A stretch of 63,935 nt of DNA, filler included, from Lama guanicoe (GCA_013239625.1; 198 parts of 198 records of this genome joined end to end with filler, not necessarily neighbours in it); one strand, 5' to 3'. Positions 50,006 through 63,545 are shown, numbered from the whole stretch's first letter. Numbers and translations: made by a program. Notes: generated from the sequence alone by a model not told the origin.

Positions 50006-51400
50006 NNNNNNNNNNNNNNNNNNNNNNNNNNNNNNNNNNNNNNNNNNNNTTAATTAATTAANNNNNNNNNNNNNNNNNNNNNNNNNNNNNNNNNNNNNNN
50101 NNNNNGAAGCAGAAGCTGGGCAGGGGACGGGGCAGAGAAGGCTGTGAAAAGCCTAAAACTGTGGGTGAGGTCTGCGTTGCAGAACTGCAGGCATCCTGGG
50201 CAATAGTAACACAAATGAGCAAAAGAAAATTGAGGCTAGAATGAATCATGATGGCCAGGAAAGGCTAACCCCAGGCGTCGGATTGACTTAGCGCCTTTTA
50301 AGATTTTTTTTCAGATCACCTGCAACGTANNNNNNNNNNNNNNNNNNNNNNNNNNNNNNNNNNNNNNNNNNNNTTAATTAATTAANNNNNNNNNNNNNNN
50401 NNNNNNNNNNNNNNNNNNNNNNNNNNNNNGGAGACTACTGCAAATGACAACAGCACCTGGGTTCTATTAGAATCATTTAGCTTGTGTTCCCTGAGTGTTT
50501 CCTTAGGCCGGGACATGAGGGAAATCTGGGGGTTGGGCTTGGAGGCCAAGTAGCAGCGAGTACCCCAGATGGAATGAGGAAGTTCTTAGGGGAATTCTAT
50601 CTTAAGGGAAACACCTGAGCACCCATTCATCTGCGTGGAGTGGGGCTCCACANNNNNNNNNNNNNNNNNNNNNNNNNNNNNNNNNNNNNNNNNNNNTTAA
50701 TTAATTAANNNNNNNNNNNNNNNNNNNNNNNNNNNNNNNNNNNNNNNNNNNNGAAACTTTATAAAAAAAGGAAATAAAAATGAAAACACTTCACTCATGA
50801 TGAGAGGAAGACAAATATAAAACCATAATAATACATTGCTCCTTTTCACTATATTAAGTTGGCAAAGAAAAGTTTGATAATACAGGTTAGCACAACATAA
50901 GGAAACTTACTCTCCTACATTACTGGGAAGAGTGTAATTTGATACAAACTTTTTGGAGAGTAACTTAGTAATATCTNNNNNNNNNNNNNNNNNNNNNNNN
51001 NNNNNNNNNNNNNNNNNNNNTTAATTAATTAANNNNNNNNNNNNNNNNNNNNNNNNNNNNNNNNNNNNNNNNNNNNTCACTTTACTGAGACCCAAACAGG
51101 TAAGAATGACTTGCTCAAGTCAGAAAGTGTCAGAGTCAGAAACTGTACGCAAGCTCTACATTTTCGTATGGTCCTTCTTTTTCCCTCTTTTCATCTCCAT
51201 CAATATGCCATCCTATTCCAGGAAAAAACAATGAAGAATGAAAGATGAAGTGTGTTCTGTGCTTCAGCTCCTGACAAAGTGTCTTCAACAGAGGAGGCTC
51301 NNNNNNNNNNNNNNNNNNNNNNNNNNNNNNNNNNNNNNNNNNNNTTAATTAATTAANNNNNNNNNNNNNNNNNNNNNNNNNNNNNNNNNNNNNNNNNNNN

Positions 51401-51624
51401 TGGCAAATAAGCATGAAAAAACGTTTAACATCACTAATCATTAGGGAAATGCATATTTAGAACATGATGAGTTGTCACTACACAGCTATTAAAACAGCTA
51501 AAATAAAAAAGCGACAATACCAAATGTCAGCAAAGATGTGAAGAAACTAGTACTCATATATTGCTCATGGGAATATAAAATGATACAGTCACTCTGGTAA
51601 AGAGTTTGGCCCTAAGAAAACCCA
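51401..51624 (+). mobile_element. Old LINE-1 ORF2 3' fragment
   Basis: TGGCAAATAAGCATGAAAA...CATCACTAATCATTAGGGAAATGCA. Confidence 0.8.
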
Positions 51625-52048
51625 NNNNNNNNNNNNNNNNNNNNNNNNNNNNNNNNNNNNNNNNNNNNTTAATTAATTAANNNNNNNNNNNNNNNNNNNN
51701 NNNNNNNNNNNNNNNNNNNNNNNNGGGGCATGATTAATCAAATACAAATAAAATCAGAGTGGAATCTCCCCTAGACAGATTTTTAAAAAATCAGGTAGTC
51801 AATTGTGTTAGTTGCTGCTGACCAGGTAAGATGAAGACTGAGAATAGACAACTATATTTTACAATGTTGAGACCATTAGTAACTTAGACAAGAATGGTTA
51901 AGTTGTGAATTAAGAGTCTGCTTCAAATGGCTGATGCAGGAGTGGGAANNNNNNNNNNNNNNNNNNNNNNNNNNNNNNNNNNNNNNNNNNNNTTAATTAA
52001 TTAANNNNNNNNNNNNNNNNNNNNNNNNNNNNNNNNNNNNNNNNNNNN

Positions 52049-52272
52049 CCAAGTGTCCTGTTCCCCCACCAGCGGGGCGGTGCCGCCGGACTCCTCGGCC
52101 CCCAGCCCCCACCAGTGTGTCCCCTCGCGAAGCGCCTGCCCTCAGGGGAGCCCGTGCGCACAGCCAGGCGCGGACCCCACACAGCGCCCCCCGCGGCCTC
52201 CACCGCCCCCTGGTGCCGCAGCTCTGCGACAGCCGGCGACTGTGTTCCCTGCGCCCATCCCTCTGCCCAGAG
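52049..52272. promoter_or_regulatory. CpG-island fragment
   Basis: High GC and CpG density, no recognisable protein. Confidence 0.4.
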
Positions 52273-52372
52273 NNNNNNNNNNNNNNNNNNNNNNNNNNNN
52301 NNNNNNNNNNNNNNNNTTAATTAATTAANNNNNNNNNNNNNNNNNNNNNNNNNNNNNNNNNNNNNNNNNNNN

Positions 52373-52596
52373 ATCTATTCTCTGTGTCTATGAGGTTTTG
52401 GGGGTTTTGTTTTGTTTTCTTATGGTATTCCACATATAATTGAGATTATATGACATTTGTCTTCCTCTGTCTGACTTATTTCACTTAGCACACTACCAAC
52501 AAGGTCCATCCATGGTGTTGCAAATGGCAAGGTTTCCTCTTTCTTTGTGGCTGAGTAATATTCCATTGTGTGTCTGTATCACATTTTCTTTATCCG
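52373..52596 (-). mobile_element. LINE-1 ORF2 end / 3' UTR
   Basis: TCTGACTTATTTCACTTAGCA...GTCCATCCATGGTGTTGCAAATGGCAAG. Confidence 0.88.
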
Positions 52597-53020
52597 NNNN
52601 NNNNNNNNNNNNNNNNNNNNNNNNNNNNNNNNNNNNNNNNTTAATTAATTAANNNNNNNNNNNNNNNNNNNNNNNNNNNNNNNNNNNNNNNNNNNNAACA
52701 TCTAAGAGCTGTTTTTAAAACACGGAAAATCCTCTCTTATTTTAAAACACATTTTACATATGTCATCAGATAATGTGACTGACCAATTTGGGATTTACAC
52801 GAAACTAACCTAGCGCAGTGTTAGTATAGCCTGAAATTTCCAGGATGTTTTGTTCGCTTATTAAATGTCTTGATAGGTACATAAAAAACCTTTGCCAATC
52901 CCAAAGAACTTGTTTTAATANNNNNNNNNNNNNNNNNNNNNNNNNNNNNNNNNNNNNNNNNNNNTTAATTAATTAANNNNNNNNNNNNNNNNNNNNNNNN
53001 NNNNNNNNNNNNNNNNNNNN

Positions 53021-53115
53021 CATGCACAAGTCCTGGGTTCCTTCCCCAGTGCCACCTCTAAAAATAAATGAATAAATAAGCCTCCCCCCCACAAATAAAA
53101 TTAAAAAAATAAAAA
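53021..53115 (+). mobile_element. tRNA-Ala-derived SINE (Vic-1-like), 3' half
   Basis: CATGCACAAGTCCTGGGTTC...CCCCAGTG...AAATAAATGAATAAATAAGCCTCCCCCCC plus A-rich tail. Confidence 0.8.
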
Positions 53116-53992
53116 CAGTTTAAATTTTAAAAAAAAATTTATAAGTTTAGTGTAAACGAATCACACCAATAAATTCAACTACTTAGATAAAACAAACAAA
53201 TTCCTTGAAACCTTACTCAAGAAGAAATAGCCTAAATCGTCCCANNNNNNNNNNNNNNNNNNNNNNNNNNNNNNNNNNNNNNNNNNNNTTAATTAATTAA
53301 NNNNNNNNNNNNNNNNNNNNNNNNNNNNNNNNNNNNNNNNNNNNAGCAAGTAGACGGTTACTTGAACAACTTGAATCCTTGGTGTAAAGTCCTCTTGTCT
53401 CTGTCACTTGAGACCAACTCCTGCTCTGTAGCCCGGACCCCAAGGTGCTGTTTGTCGTGGTTTTATTTCCCTACACACCTTCCGTGCTTTTCCTATCTCC
53501 GCCCCCAGGGAGCCCTCCTTGTTCTGGCATCTCTGGCTCAATATTCTCCCCTCCAGGTCTTCTGGGAANNNNNNNNNNNNNNNNNNNNNNNNNNNNNNNN
53601 NNNNNNNNNNNNTTAATTAATTAANNNNNNNNNNNNNNNNNNNNNNNNNNNNNNNNNNNNNNNNNNNNATTTTAATTTTAGTAAAATTCTATTTTTTTCT
53701 TTATGCTTTATGCTTCTAGGTATATTTTCTATTTAAGAAATCTTTCTTATTTCAATGTCATGAAGACATTCTTTGGAATTTTTGTTTCATAAGCTTTATC
53801 GTTCTAGCATTTATGTTTAAGATGGTTCAATCTGCAACTCATGTTGAATACATTTTTGTGTTTGGAGTGAAGTGGGGTCAAATTTTATTCTTNNNNNNNN
53901 NNNNNNNNNNNNNNNNNNNNNNNNNNNNNNNNNNNNTTAATTAATTAANNNNNNNNNNNNNNNNNNNNNNNNNNNNNNNNNNNNNNNNNNNN

Positions 53993-54216
53993 ACCACAGT
54001 GCGATATCCCCTCCCACCTGTCAGGATGGCTGTCATCAAAACACAAGAGATGACGAGTGCTGGCGGGGGTGTGGGGAAAAGGGAAACTCACGCGCTGTTG
54101 GTGGGAATGTAAACTGGTGCCATCACTGTGGAAACCAGTATGGAGTTCCCTCAAAAATTCAAAAATAGAACTCCCGTATGATCCAGCAATTCCACTTCTG
54201 GGAATATAGCCAAAGG
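53993..54216 (+). mobile_element. LINE-1 ORF2 3' fragment
   Basis: CACCTGTCAGGATGGCT...GGTGGGAATGTAAACTGGTGC...GATCCAGCAATTCCACTTCTGGG. Confidence 0.9.
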
Positions 54217-54640
54217 NNNNNNNNNNNNNNNNNNNNNNNNNNNNNNNNNNNNNNNNNNNNTTAATTAATTAANNNNNNNNNNNNNNNNNNNNNNNNNNNN
54301 NNNNNNNNNNNNNNNNTTCCAGAAACAAGTCTTTTTTCTTCAGATATTTGCTTTGAAAATATATTTTTCATTTTGTGGCTGGTCCTTGCTTCTCATTAAG
54401 AGTGTCTTTCCCACAGAAAATTTTCAATTTTGATGAAGTCCAATTTAAATTTATCAATTTTTTTTTATTGATGGTGATTTTGCTGTTGTAGCTAACAAAT
54501 CTGTAGGCAGGCAAAGTCACAAATAATTTTTTTTCTCTTGNNNNNNNNNNNNNNNNNNNNNNNNNNNNNNNNNNNNNNNNNNNNTTAATTAATTAANNNN
54601 NNNNNNNNNNNNNNNNNNNNNNNNNNNNNNNNNNNNNNNN

Positions 54641-54864
54641 CGCGCCGCCGGAGCCCCCTCCCCGCCGCCCGGCTCCGCGCCCTCCCCGCCTCCGGCTGGC
54701 GCGCGTCCCGGCCCGGCCGAGCACGGTCCCGGCCCCGAGGGGGGCCGAGCTCCCGGCGAAAACCCGCCCTCCAGCGAGCTCATTTCCCTAACGAGGGGGA
54801 GAGGGAGGGAGGGAGAGAAGGAAAGAGACGGAAAGAAGGGAAGGGAGAGCGGAGAAGCCCGGCA
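54641..54864. promoter_or_regulatory. CpG-island / promoter-like fragment with GC boxes and a purine tract
   Basis: Very high GC/CpG, multiple CCGCCC/CCCCGCC motifs. Confidence 0.55.
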
Positions 54865-56706
54865 NNNNNNNNNNNNNNNNNNNNNNNNNNNNNNNNNNNN
54901 NNNNNNNNTTAATTAATTAANNNNNNNNNNNNNNNNNNNNNNNNNNNNNNNNNNNNNNNNNNNNGGAAATGCCTTATTTAATAAGTAAAGTATGTCCTTC
55001 CAGACAAAAAAAAATTATGTAAAACTAGATAGATACACAGCCACAATGAACTTACCAGTTTTAGGTAAAAGAAAATAGCAAGTAAAATAAACCTCCAGAT
55101 TTTATTTTTAGCTTTAATTGGCTAAATGATCAAAGATACGTCTTTATTTCCTATAACTAGCTCTACAATTCTGTTGTCATTCTCTTTGNNNNNNNNNNNN
55201 NNNNNNNNNNNNNNNNNNNNNNNNNNNNNNNNTTAATTAATTAANNNNNNNNNNNNNNNNNNNNNNNNNNNNNNNNNNNNNNNNNNNNAAATACAGCTTG
55301 CAAATGTGGCTGGGATAAAACTAGCCAATGATCACAGAAGGGTCTTGTAATTTGCTCTTTTTAAAGAATCCATATATTTTTATCATTTCTTTCTCTCACT
55401 CTCAAATAATTAAGTGAAGTGAATATTGATGAATTTGCAAACCTTATTGTGTTACAGGACTCAGGTTCAGCTACTTGCCACTTGAAAGCCAGTACCTGGA
55501 GACAAGCGTTGGNNNNNNNNNNNNNNNNNNNNNNNNNNNNNNNNNNNNNNNNNNNNTTAATTAATTAANNNNNNNNNNNNNNNNNNNNNNNNNNNNNNNN
55601 NNNNNNNNNNNNGAACTTATATCTGACGACATAATTTTGGAAATTCATGAGGGTTTGCTGCCTTATTTATTCACTGTTTTAAAAAGTGGAGGTTTTTTTT
55701 CTCCCCACGATAGAAAGAAAACATCTTCATTGTAACTGCATTTAGAAGATCCTTCTGGAAAAAGATTACTGTCTTATTTTTCACCGCGGAAGCCAGTGCT
55801 TCTCTTTCCTTACCATAAAAGTAAACATCCTCACTTNNNNNNNNNNNNNNNNNNNNNNNNNNNNNNNNNNNNNNNNNNNNTTAATTAATTAANNNNNNNN
55901 NNNNNNNNNNNNNNNNNNNNNNNNNNNNNNNNNNNNTATTACCTCTTTCTCCCTTATCTATAATGTTGATTTTTCTAGAGTTCTAAGTTAATGCAAAAAG
56001 GCGAAGGATTTGTCTGGCTAACTAGACATTATATCTATATATCTATGTATCTATATATAGATTTTTTTTGGCCTTACAATATCTAGGACACTTTATCATA
56101 GGAACAAAGACTGGTTCCAGACTAGCTTAATAGTGAACATTTTGTTAAACAAGGCAAGAANNNNNNNNNNNNNNNNNNNNNNNNNNNNNNNNNNNNNNNN
56201 NNNNTTAATTAATTAANNNNNNNNNNNNNNNNNNNNNNNNNNNNNNNNNNNNNNNNNNNNAATGTTCACGAGGTGCTGTCAATCAAATGCCTTAGACCTG
56301 AAACCCAAACTCAACCAGAGTAACCTAAATTCTGTGAGATTCAGACACGCCCCTTTCCTTGCCGACTGGAGCCTCTTTCTTCAAAGAGAAGAGGAAATAG
56401 ATGTTCAGGTACGGGTTGAGCCTCCTTGAAAATCAGCAAGATGAACTCACCGCAGAGTCAGTGTGGCTGCTGCCCAGCCTGAAGNNNNNNNNNNNNNNNN
56501 NNNNNNNNNNNNNNNNNNNNNNNNNNNNTTAATTAATTAANNNNNNNNNNNNNNNNNNNNNNNNNNNNNNNNNNNNNNNNNNNNCTATTAAATTATAAGA
56601 ATCCTTTAAAAAAATATAAAAAGCCAAAAAAAAATGAGTAAAATAAAACCACATGGAAACCCAGCCATGACCATTCTGCGGATACTCTCTGCCCTATCTC
56701 AGCTAG

Positions 56707-56808
56707 TGTCTCAGTCTGTGCGTGCTGCTATAACAAAAGAGCAAGCCTCGGCAGCATGTAAACAGCAGACACTGACTTCTCACAGTTCCAGAGACTGGAA
56801 GCCCAAGA
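56707..56808 (-). mobile_element. MLT1 (MaLR) LTR end
   Basis: TGTCTCAGTCTG...GCTGCTATAACAAAA...TTCTCACAGTTCCAGAGACTGGAAGCCCAAGA. Confidence 0.8.
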
Positions 56809-57232
56809 NNNNNNNNNNNNNNNNNNNNNNNNNNNNNNNNNNNNNNNNNNNNTTAATTAATTAANNNNNNNNNNNNNNNNNNNNNNNNNNNNNNNNNNNN
56901 NNNNNNNNTAGTATAAATGTAGCCCAAAATACAAAAGTTTAATTCTCTTAAATTTATTGTGAAATCATAGAAATTTGTACCCTCATTTTGGTATTTAAGT
57001 TCAGCCGTTTCTTATTAAATGTGGTAAGATCTAAACGTAGCAAAGTTTTATCTTTTGCCTTTAAATTGAAACAAAACCGCCACAAACTAAAATGAATACA
57101 TTTTAAGTAGATAGATCACTGGATTTTTAAAANNNNNNNNNNNNNNNNNNNNNNNNNNNNNNNNNNNNNNNNNNNNTTAATTAATTAANNNNNNNNNNNN
57201 NNNNNNNNNNNNNNNNNNNNNNNNNNNNNNNN

Positions 57233-57385
57233 ATTGTTGAAGGTAATCACCTTTAAGAAAGTCAACTGATTGTAGATGTTACCCACATCTACAAAATACT
57301 CTAACAGTAACACCTAGATTAATGTTCGAATAAATAATGGAGTCTCATAGCTTAGGCAAGTTAATACCTAAGTCTAATCATCACA
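57233..57385. mobile_element. MLT2 (ERVL LTR) terminus
   Basis: AAAGTCAACTGATTGTAGATGTT...CACATCTACAAAATAC...AATCATCACA. Confidence 0.7.
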
Positions 57386-57556
57386 GGGAGGGAGTAATAC
57401 CAAGGAGTTAATACCAGGAGCTGGGAAGTCAGGGAGGTCTCCTTAGGGTCTGCTTTNNNNNNNNNNNNNNNNNNNNNNNNNNNNNNNNNNNNNNNNNNNN
57501 TTAATTAATTAANNNNNNNNNNNNNNNNNNNNNNNNNNNNNNNNNNNNNNNNNNNN

Positions 57557-57750
57557 TGCTGCAAATGGCGTTATGTTATCATTTTTCATGGCTGAGTAGT
57601 ATTCCGTTGTATAAATATACCACAGCGTCTTTATCCAGTCACCTGTTAATGGACATTTAGGCTGTTTCCAAGTCTTGGCTGTTGTAAATAGTGCTTCTGG
57701 GAACATTGGGGAGCAGATGTCTTTCTCAATTAGTTTCCTCTGCATATATT
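57557..57750 (-). mobile_element. LINE-1 ORF2 C-terminal fragment
   Basis: DICSPMFPEALFTTAKTWKQPKCPLTGDWIKTLWYIYTTEYYSAMK. Confidence 0.92.
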
Positions 57751-57880
57751 ACTGTTGCTTTAACCCACTAAGTTTGACGTNNNNNNNNNNNNNNNNNNNN
57801 NNNNNNNNNNNNNNNNNNNNNNNNTTAATTAATTAANNNNNNNNNNNNNNNNNNNNNNNNNNNNNNNNNNNNNNNNNNNN

Positions 57881-58104
57881 GACAGGACAACAGAAAGCAC
57901 CCAATCAAAACAGCTGAGAGAAAAACAAACAAAACAAAAGAAAACAACATAAGGGACCTATAGGATAATATAAAGCTTGCCAATCTATGCATAATAGGGG
58001 TTCCAGAAAGAGAAGAAAGATCAAACGGGATTGAAAAGTTATTTGAAGGAATCAAGACTAAAAACTTCCCAAACCTAAAGAAGGAATCAGATATCCAAGT
58101 ACAG
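57881..58104 (+). mobile_element. LINE-1 ORF1 fragment
   Basis: ENNIRDL*DNIKLANLCIIGVPEREERSNGIEKLFEGIKTKNFPNL. Confidence 0.9.
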
Positions 58105-58852
58105 NNNNNNNNNNNNNNNNNNNNNNNNNNNNNNNNNNNNNNNNNNNNTTAATTAATTAANNNNNNNNNNNNNNNNNNNNNNNNNNNNNNNNNNNNNNNN
58201 NNNNTGTAGTAACAGTTTGGGGGGCTGTCGCCTGGGGAGGCCTGGGGGCTCAGCGTCTCGGGGCGAGGAGGCAGGGAGGACCTGGGCGGGGCGCCGCCTG
58301 CCCAGTGCGGACTGGGGTCGGGGTTTGCAGGGGCTGCCTGTGGACAAACCCGGCAGGATGTGACAGGGGACGATTTCTTTCTACTTCCTCCCCTTCCCTC
58401 GCAGCCTTGTCCTCAAGGCAGGTGGGCANNNNNNNNNNNNNNNNNNNNNNNNNNNNNNNNNNNNNNNNNNNNTTAATTAATTAANNNNNNNNNNNNNNNN
58501 NNNNNNNNNNNNNNNNNNNNNNNNNNNNCTTTCCCTGCTGGGCCTGTGCTGTGCCCCTGGCTTCTGGTGATGGCTGAGATGGCCTCGGGGGTCTTACCAC
58601 GAGACAGGGCAGGACGCCCTGGGCAAGGGGAAGGATGGGCAGGTTATGTCTGAGAGGTGGCAGCTGAGTGAGGGCTGGAAGGTGACACAGGGCCCGAGAC
58701 AGAGGGTCTTTGGTTTTAGGGGCGCTGAGTTTGAGCAAAGGTGCAGTGAGCTNNNNNNNNNNNNNNNNNNNNNNNNNNNNNNNNNNNNNNNNNNNNTTAA
58801 TTAATTAANNNNNNNNNNNNNNNNNNNNNNNNNNNNNNNNNNNNNNNNNNNN

Positions 58853-59075
58853 TACAAATGAACTTATTTACAAACCAGAAATAGACTCACAGACATAGAA
58901 AGCAAACTCTGGTTACCAAAGAGGGAATGAGGGTGATGAATTAGGAGTATCGGATTAATGTATACACACTACTATGTATAAAATGGGTAAACAACAAGGA
59001 CATGCTGTATAGCACAGGGAACTATATTCAATATCTTGTAATAAACTATTATGGAAAAGAATCTGAAAGGAAAAA
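58853..59075 (+). mobile_element. LINE-1 3' UTR
   Basis: AGACTCACAGACATAGAAA...GTATAGCACAGGGAACTATATTCAATATCTTGTAATAA. Confidence 0.9.
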
Positions 59076-59218
59076 NNNNNNNNNNNNNNNNNNNNNNNNN
59101 NNNNNNNNNNNNNNNNNNNTTAATTAATTAANNNNNNNNNNNNNNNNNNNNNNNNNNNNNNNNNNNNNNNNNNNNATTAATTCTTTCAAAATTCTTACCA
59201 CTCCATTCCTTTTCTACC

Positions 59219-59254
59219 ACACACGCACACACACACACACACAAGCAAACACAC
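59219..59254 (+). repeat. (CA)n microsatellite, interrupted
   Basis: Directly visible. Confidence 0.85.
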
Positions 59255-62109
59255 ATATTTATACTCAATAAACAGAATGGAGAATAATATTTAGGATAAA
59301 AAAATATGTTGTTACCGAATAATAATTTACTCCCTATTCAGTCAAAGCATTAATTGTTTTCAAAGTAATAAAAACTATTCTCAGTAAAGCAAGGAATTAN
59401 NNNNNNNNNNNNNNNNNNNNNNNNNNNNNNNNNNNNNNNNNNNTTAATTAATTAANNNNNNNNNNNNNNNNNNNNNNNNNNNNNNNNNNNNNNNNNNNNG
59501 GTGACAATGAGGATGTGAATTAAGTTAACGACAGAGGAATGGATAGGAGGGGTTTTATTTGGAGATCTTAGTGTGGTAGACAGATTTTATTATGTAGGGG
59601 TGCAGATGAGAGAGGAATTTAGACTGACATCTGGGCAAATAAGGCTGTCCTTGACCAGAGTAGGGCAAACAGGATGAGTAAGCCATGGGACACCGTCCCC
59701 ATAGTGACAGCAGTGAAGACAGANNNNNNNNNNNNNNNNNNNNNNNNNNNNNNNNNNNNNNNNNNNNTTAATTAATTAANNNNNNNNNNNNNNNNNNNNN
59801 NNNNNNNNNNNNNNNNNNNNNNNAAAATTTTAGTAGCCTAGAAAGAGAAGAATCCTCCCTTATCACATGTCCTGGGTAAACACTACTTCTTTATCATCGG
59901 GGTCTAAAACAATATGTGACACTGAAGACGTTATTCACTGGAAGTTTGTTAAATCAATCTGAGGTCATTTTGGAGGGAATGTGATAAAACATCATAATTT
60001 TTTAATTCTTTTTATTAAAGTGTAGCCAATTTACAATGTTAGTTTCANNNNNNNNNNNNNNNNNNNNNNNNNNNNNNNNNNNNNNNNNNNNTTAATTAAT
60101 TAANNNNNNNNNNNNNNNNNNNNNNNNNNNNNNNNNNNNNNNNNNNNGGTGGATTTTATCATTAGTGTGATGTGTGAGATGTGTTACTTGAAGGAATTCT
60201 TATTCCCTCTTTCTCACAATATCCCCATAGACATTAAGTATACATTTTTAATGACTAATGAAGGTTTGATTTGGTTTGGTTTTAAACCACAAAGCCTTTA
60301 TTAGAAGAAGAAGAGGAAGGGTGAGGTGGTGTTTCTAGCCCGTGGAGAGTGCTGAAAGGGAGCCTTCGGATNNNNNNNNNNNNNNNNNNNNNNNNNNNNN
60401 NNNNNNNNNNNNNNNTTAATTAATTAANNNNNNNNNNNNNNNNNNNNNNNNNNNNNNNNNNNNNNNNNNNNACCGGCCTCCCTTCGTTGCTGAGCACTGA
60501 CTCAGCCCAGGTCCCCAGGTCCCCACCCCCGCAGCAGTCACCAGCCGGCAGAGCTGGTACCTGGATTAACAAGTGTTTGCAATCCTGGCCTGAAAGACGT
60601 TGGGAATCATGAGAGGTTAAGGAAAGAATTACCCCAAGGAGGGACTGGTGCAGGGTTGGTCTCCCAGCATTGAGGTCACCGACCTGTCACAGAATNNNNN
60701 NNNNNNNNNNNNNNNNNNNNNNNNNNNNNNNNNNNNNNNTTAATTAATTAANNNNNNNNNNNNNNNNNNNNNNNNNNNNNNNNNNNNNNNNNNNNGGAAA
60801 CCACGATCTTTTTATTGTTTCTGTAGCTGTGCCTTTTCCAGAATATCATCTGCTTGGAATCGTGTAGTTTGTAGCCTTTTCAGACTGGCTTCTTTCACTT
60901 AGTAACATGTCTTTTAAGTTTCTTCCATGTCATTTATGGCTTGATAGATCATATTTTTTCACTGCACATCTATTTTTAAATTTACATATATGTAGTGTTC
61001 ATTGTTTCTAAGAACGTTTNNNNNNNNNNNNNNNNNNNNNNNNNNNNNNNNNNNNNNNNNNNNTTAATTAATTAANNNNNNNNNNNNNNNNNNNNNNNNN
61101 NNNNNNNNNNNNNNNNNNNCTGACAAAAAGAGACTGACAAACTGAGAGGATGAGATAAAAATGCTTTCTGAGTTTTCTCATAGTTTATCTTTTTTATTTT
61201 TTTTAATCTCCTCCCCATCACATGCCCCCAAGCCTCTGCAATGACCTTAGTTTGCTAAAAGTATATGGGTTTTCGTTGTACTGTGCCCTGGGTTTCAAAA
61301 TTATAATTTTGCCTAATTCTAATTATCTTTAAACCTGTAATTANNNNNNNNNNNNNNNNNNNNNNNNNNNNNNNNNNNNNNNNNNNNTTAATTAATTAAN
61401 NNNNNNNNNNNNNNNNNNNNNNNNNNNNNNNNNNNNNNNNNNNTGAAGTGAGCTGTCGGCTCAGAGCACTCACGTCCGGCCGCTCTGGAGGGCACTTGGC
61501 CGGGAGGACCACCAATCTCTTCCCGGGGCCGGAGTATCCTAGAAGGAGCTCTTCGCAGGCACGAAGGACAGACCCGGTGTTTTGTAGCCTGAGTTTCAGA
61601 CAAACACGGGGCAGCCCTGTCCGTCCACGGGAGATGCTCCCGGAGGGAATTCCGCCTGCCCTGCCTCNNNNNNNNNNNNNNNNNNNNNNNNNNNNNNNNN
61701 NNNNNNNNNNNTTAATTAATTAANNNNNNNNNNNNNNNNNNNNNNNNNNNNNNNNNNNNNNNNNNNNCCATGAGGACGCAAACCGAGGGAAGCCTGACAC
61801 GAGCTTCCCAGAAAAAGTGACCCTGAGGCTGAAGTCAGCCAGGTGAAGAGGGCCCCGAGTGGTCCAGACAATGAAAGCAGCAGGGTTTAGGCCTCCAGGA
61901 GCTTGGTGCTTTTGACGATGTCACGGGAACCCGGGCCAGTGGAAGCAGAGACAATAACCTAGGCATAGGGGTGACTCCAGAGAGACAGGATNNNNNNNNN
62001 NNNNNNNNNNNNNNNNNNNNNNNNNNNNNNNNNNNTTAATTAATTAANNNNNNNNNNNNNNNNNNNNNNNNNNNNNNNNNNNNNNNNNNNNAATATGCTG
62101 GTCACCAAG

Positions 62110-62302
62110 AACGATCTACCTATCATTTACATTGTATGAAGTATTATAAGTAATCTAGAGATGATTTAAATTATCCAGAAGGCTGTATGTAAGTTCTATG
62201 CAAATACTACACCAATTATACAGGAGACTTGAGCATCCGCAGATTTTGATGTCTTCAGAGGGTCCTGCAACCAATGCCCTGCAGATAACAAGGAATAACT
62301 AT
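62110..62302. mobile_element. MER2/Tigger-family (TcMar) non-autonomous transposon end
   Basis: CATTTACATTGTAT...TATTATAAGTAATCTAGAGATGATTTAAA...ATGCAAATACTAC...GACTTGAGCATCCGCAGATTTTG. Confidence 0.85.
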
Positions 62303-63387
62303 AATTTGTTCTTCTNNNNNNNNNNNNNNNNNNNNNNNNNNNNNNNNNNNNNNNNNNNNTTAATTAATTAANNNNNNNNNNNNNNNNNNNNNNNNNNNNN
62401 NNNNNNNNNNNNNNNCTCACCTCCTGCTCCCAGGACTGGCGGTCAGCCCTCCCTGCAGCTCCGGAAAGGCTCCCAGACAAGGCTCTGCCCTGCTGCTCAG
62501 CCCTTCCTGGAAGTCTCACCTGAGGGAGTTCTCCCCGCAGGTCCCTGACCCCACACCCCACGTCTTTGTACGCGTGTCTCTTTTCTGAGGTTTACGATGC
62601 TTGATTGTGTCTTGTATTCTGGAGGGAACACAAGCACTCNNNNNNNNNNNNNNNNNNNNNNNNNNNNNNNNNNNNNNNNNNNNTTAATTAATTAANNNNN
62701 NNNNNNNNNNNNNNNNNNNNNNNNNNNNNNNNNNNNNNNTTCCACCCTAAGAAATGACAAAATATAATTAAATCACTTTCAATTTCTTTATATTTTTTTC
62801 AAAAATATATATACCAAGCAAAGGAAATATTTCTAATAATATACATGGACAAAAGAAATTCAGAAGTACTAGAATTATCTGTTCTGGAAGAGTTTTTATA
62901 TCCAACTGGATAGGAGAAGATCGAAAAATTCTGCTGACTTTGGAAGATATGGGGCCATGAAGANNNNNNNNNNNNNNNNNNNNNNNNNNNNNNNNNNNNN
63001 NNNNNNNTTAATTAATTAANNNNNNNNNNNNNNNNNNNNNNNNNNNNNNNNNNNNNNNNNNNNATAAAAAGAACATAAATGAGATGTTCTTGTCAGCCTT
63101 TAGCAAAGGCTGACAAAGGCTGATCTTAACTCTTTAAAACATTTCTTATGGACACATTGTAGATTCACAAACAAGTATCAAGTAGCACTATTCCCTGTAC
63201 TTTAAGCATGTTTACCAGAAACTTTTATTTTAGCTTAGCTTCTAATTACAGTACATTCACTTCTTTCCTCAAGGAGGAAAAAAAAAANNNNNNNNNNNNN
63301 NNNNNNNNNNNNNNNNNNNNNNNNNNNNNNNTTAATTAATTAANNNNNNNNNNNNNNNNNNNNNNNNNNNNNNNNNNNNNNNNNNNN

Positions 63388-63545
63388 AGTAGTATCTGCA
63401 AATCTCAAAATCCCAATTTATCCCTTCCCACCCTCTCCCCCTCCTGGTAATCACAAGTTTGTCTTCTATGTCGATGAGTCTGTTTCTGTTTTGTAAATAT
63501 GTTCATTTTTTTTTAAAGAATCCACATATAAGTGATATCATAGTC
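63388..63545 (-). mobile_element. LINE-1 3' UTR
   Basis: CCTGGTAATCACAAGTTTGTCTTCTATGTC...TCCACATATAAGTGATATCAT. Confidence 0.85.

Noticed and set aside
62416..62530. Possible minus-strand exon bounded by CTCAG and GTGAG
   Set aside because: Splice-like motifs alone are weak evidence and I recognise no protein.
1304..62561. Most entries in the supplied ORF track
   Set aside because: They reach 60 aa or more only by reading through N runs to the linker stop. Many are antisense L1/LTR frames.
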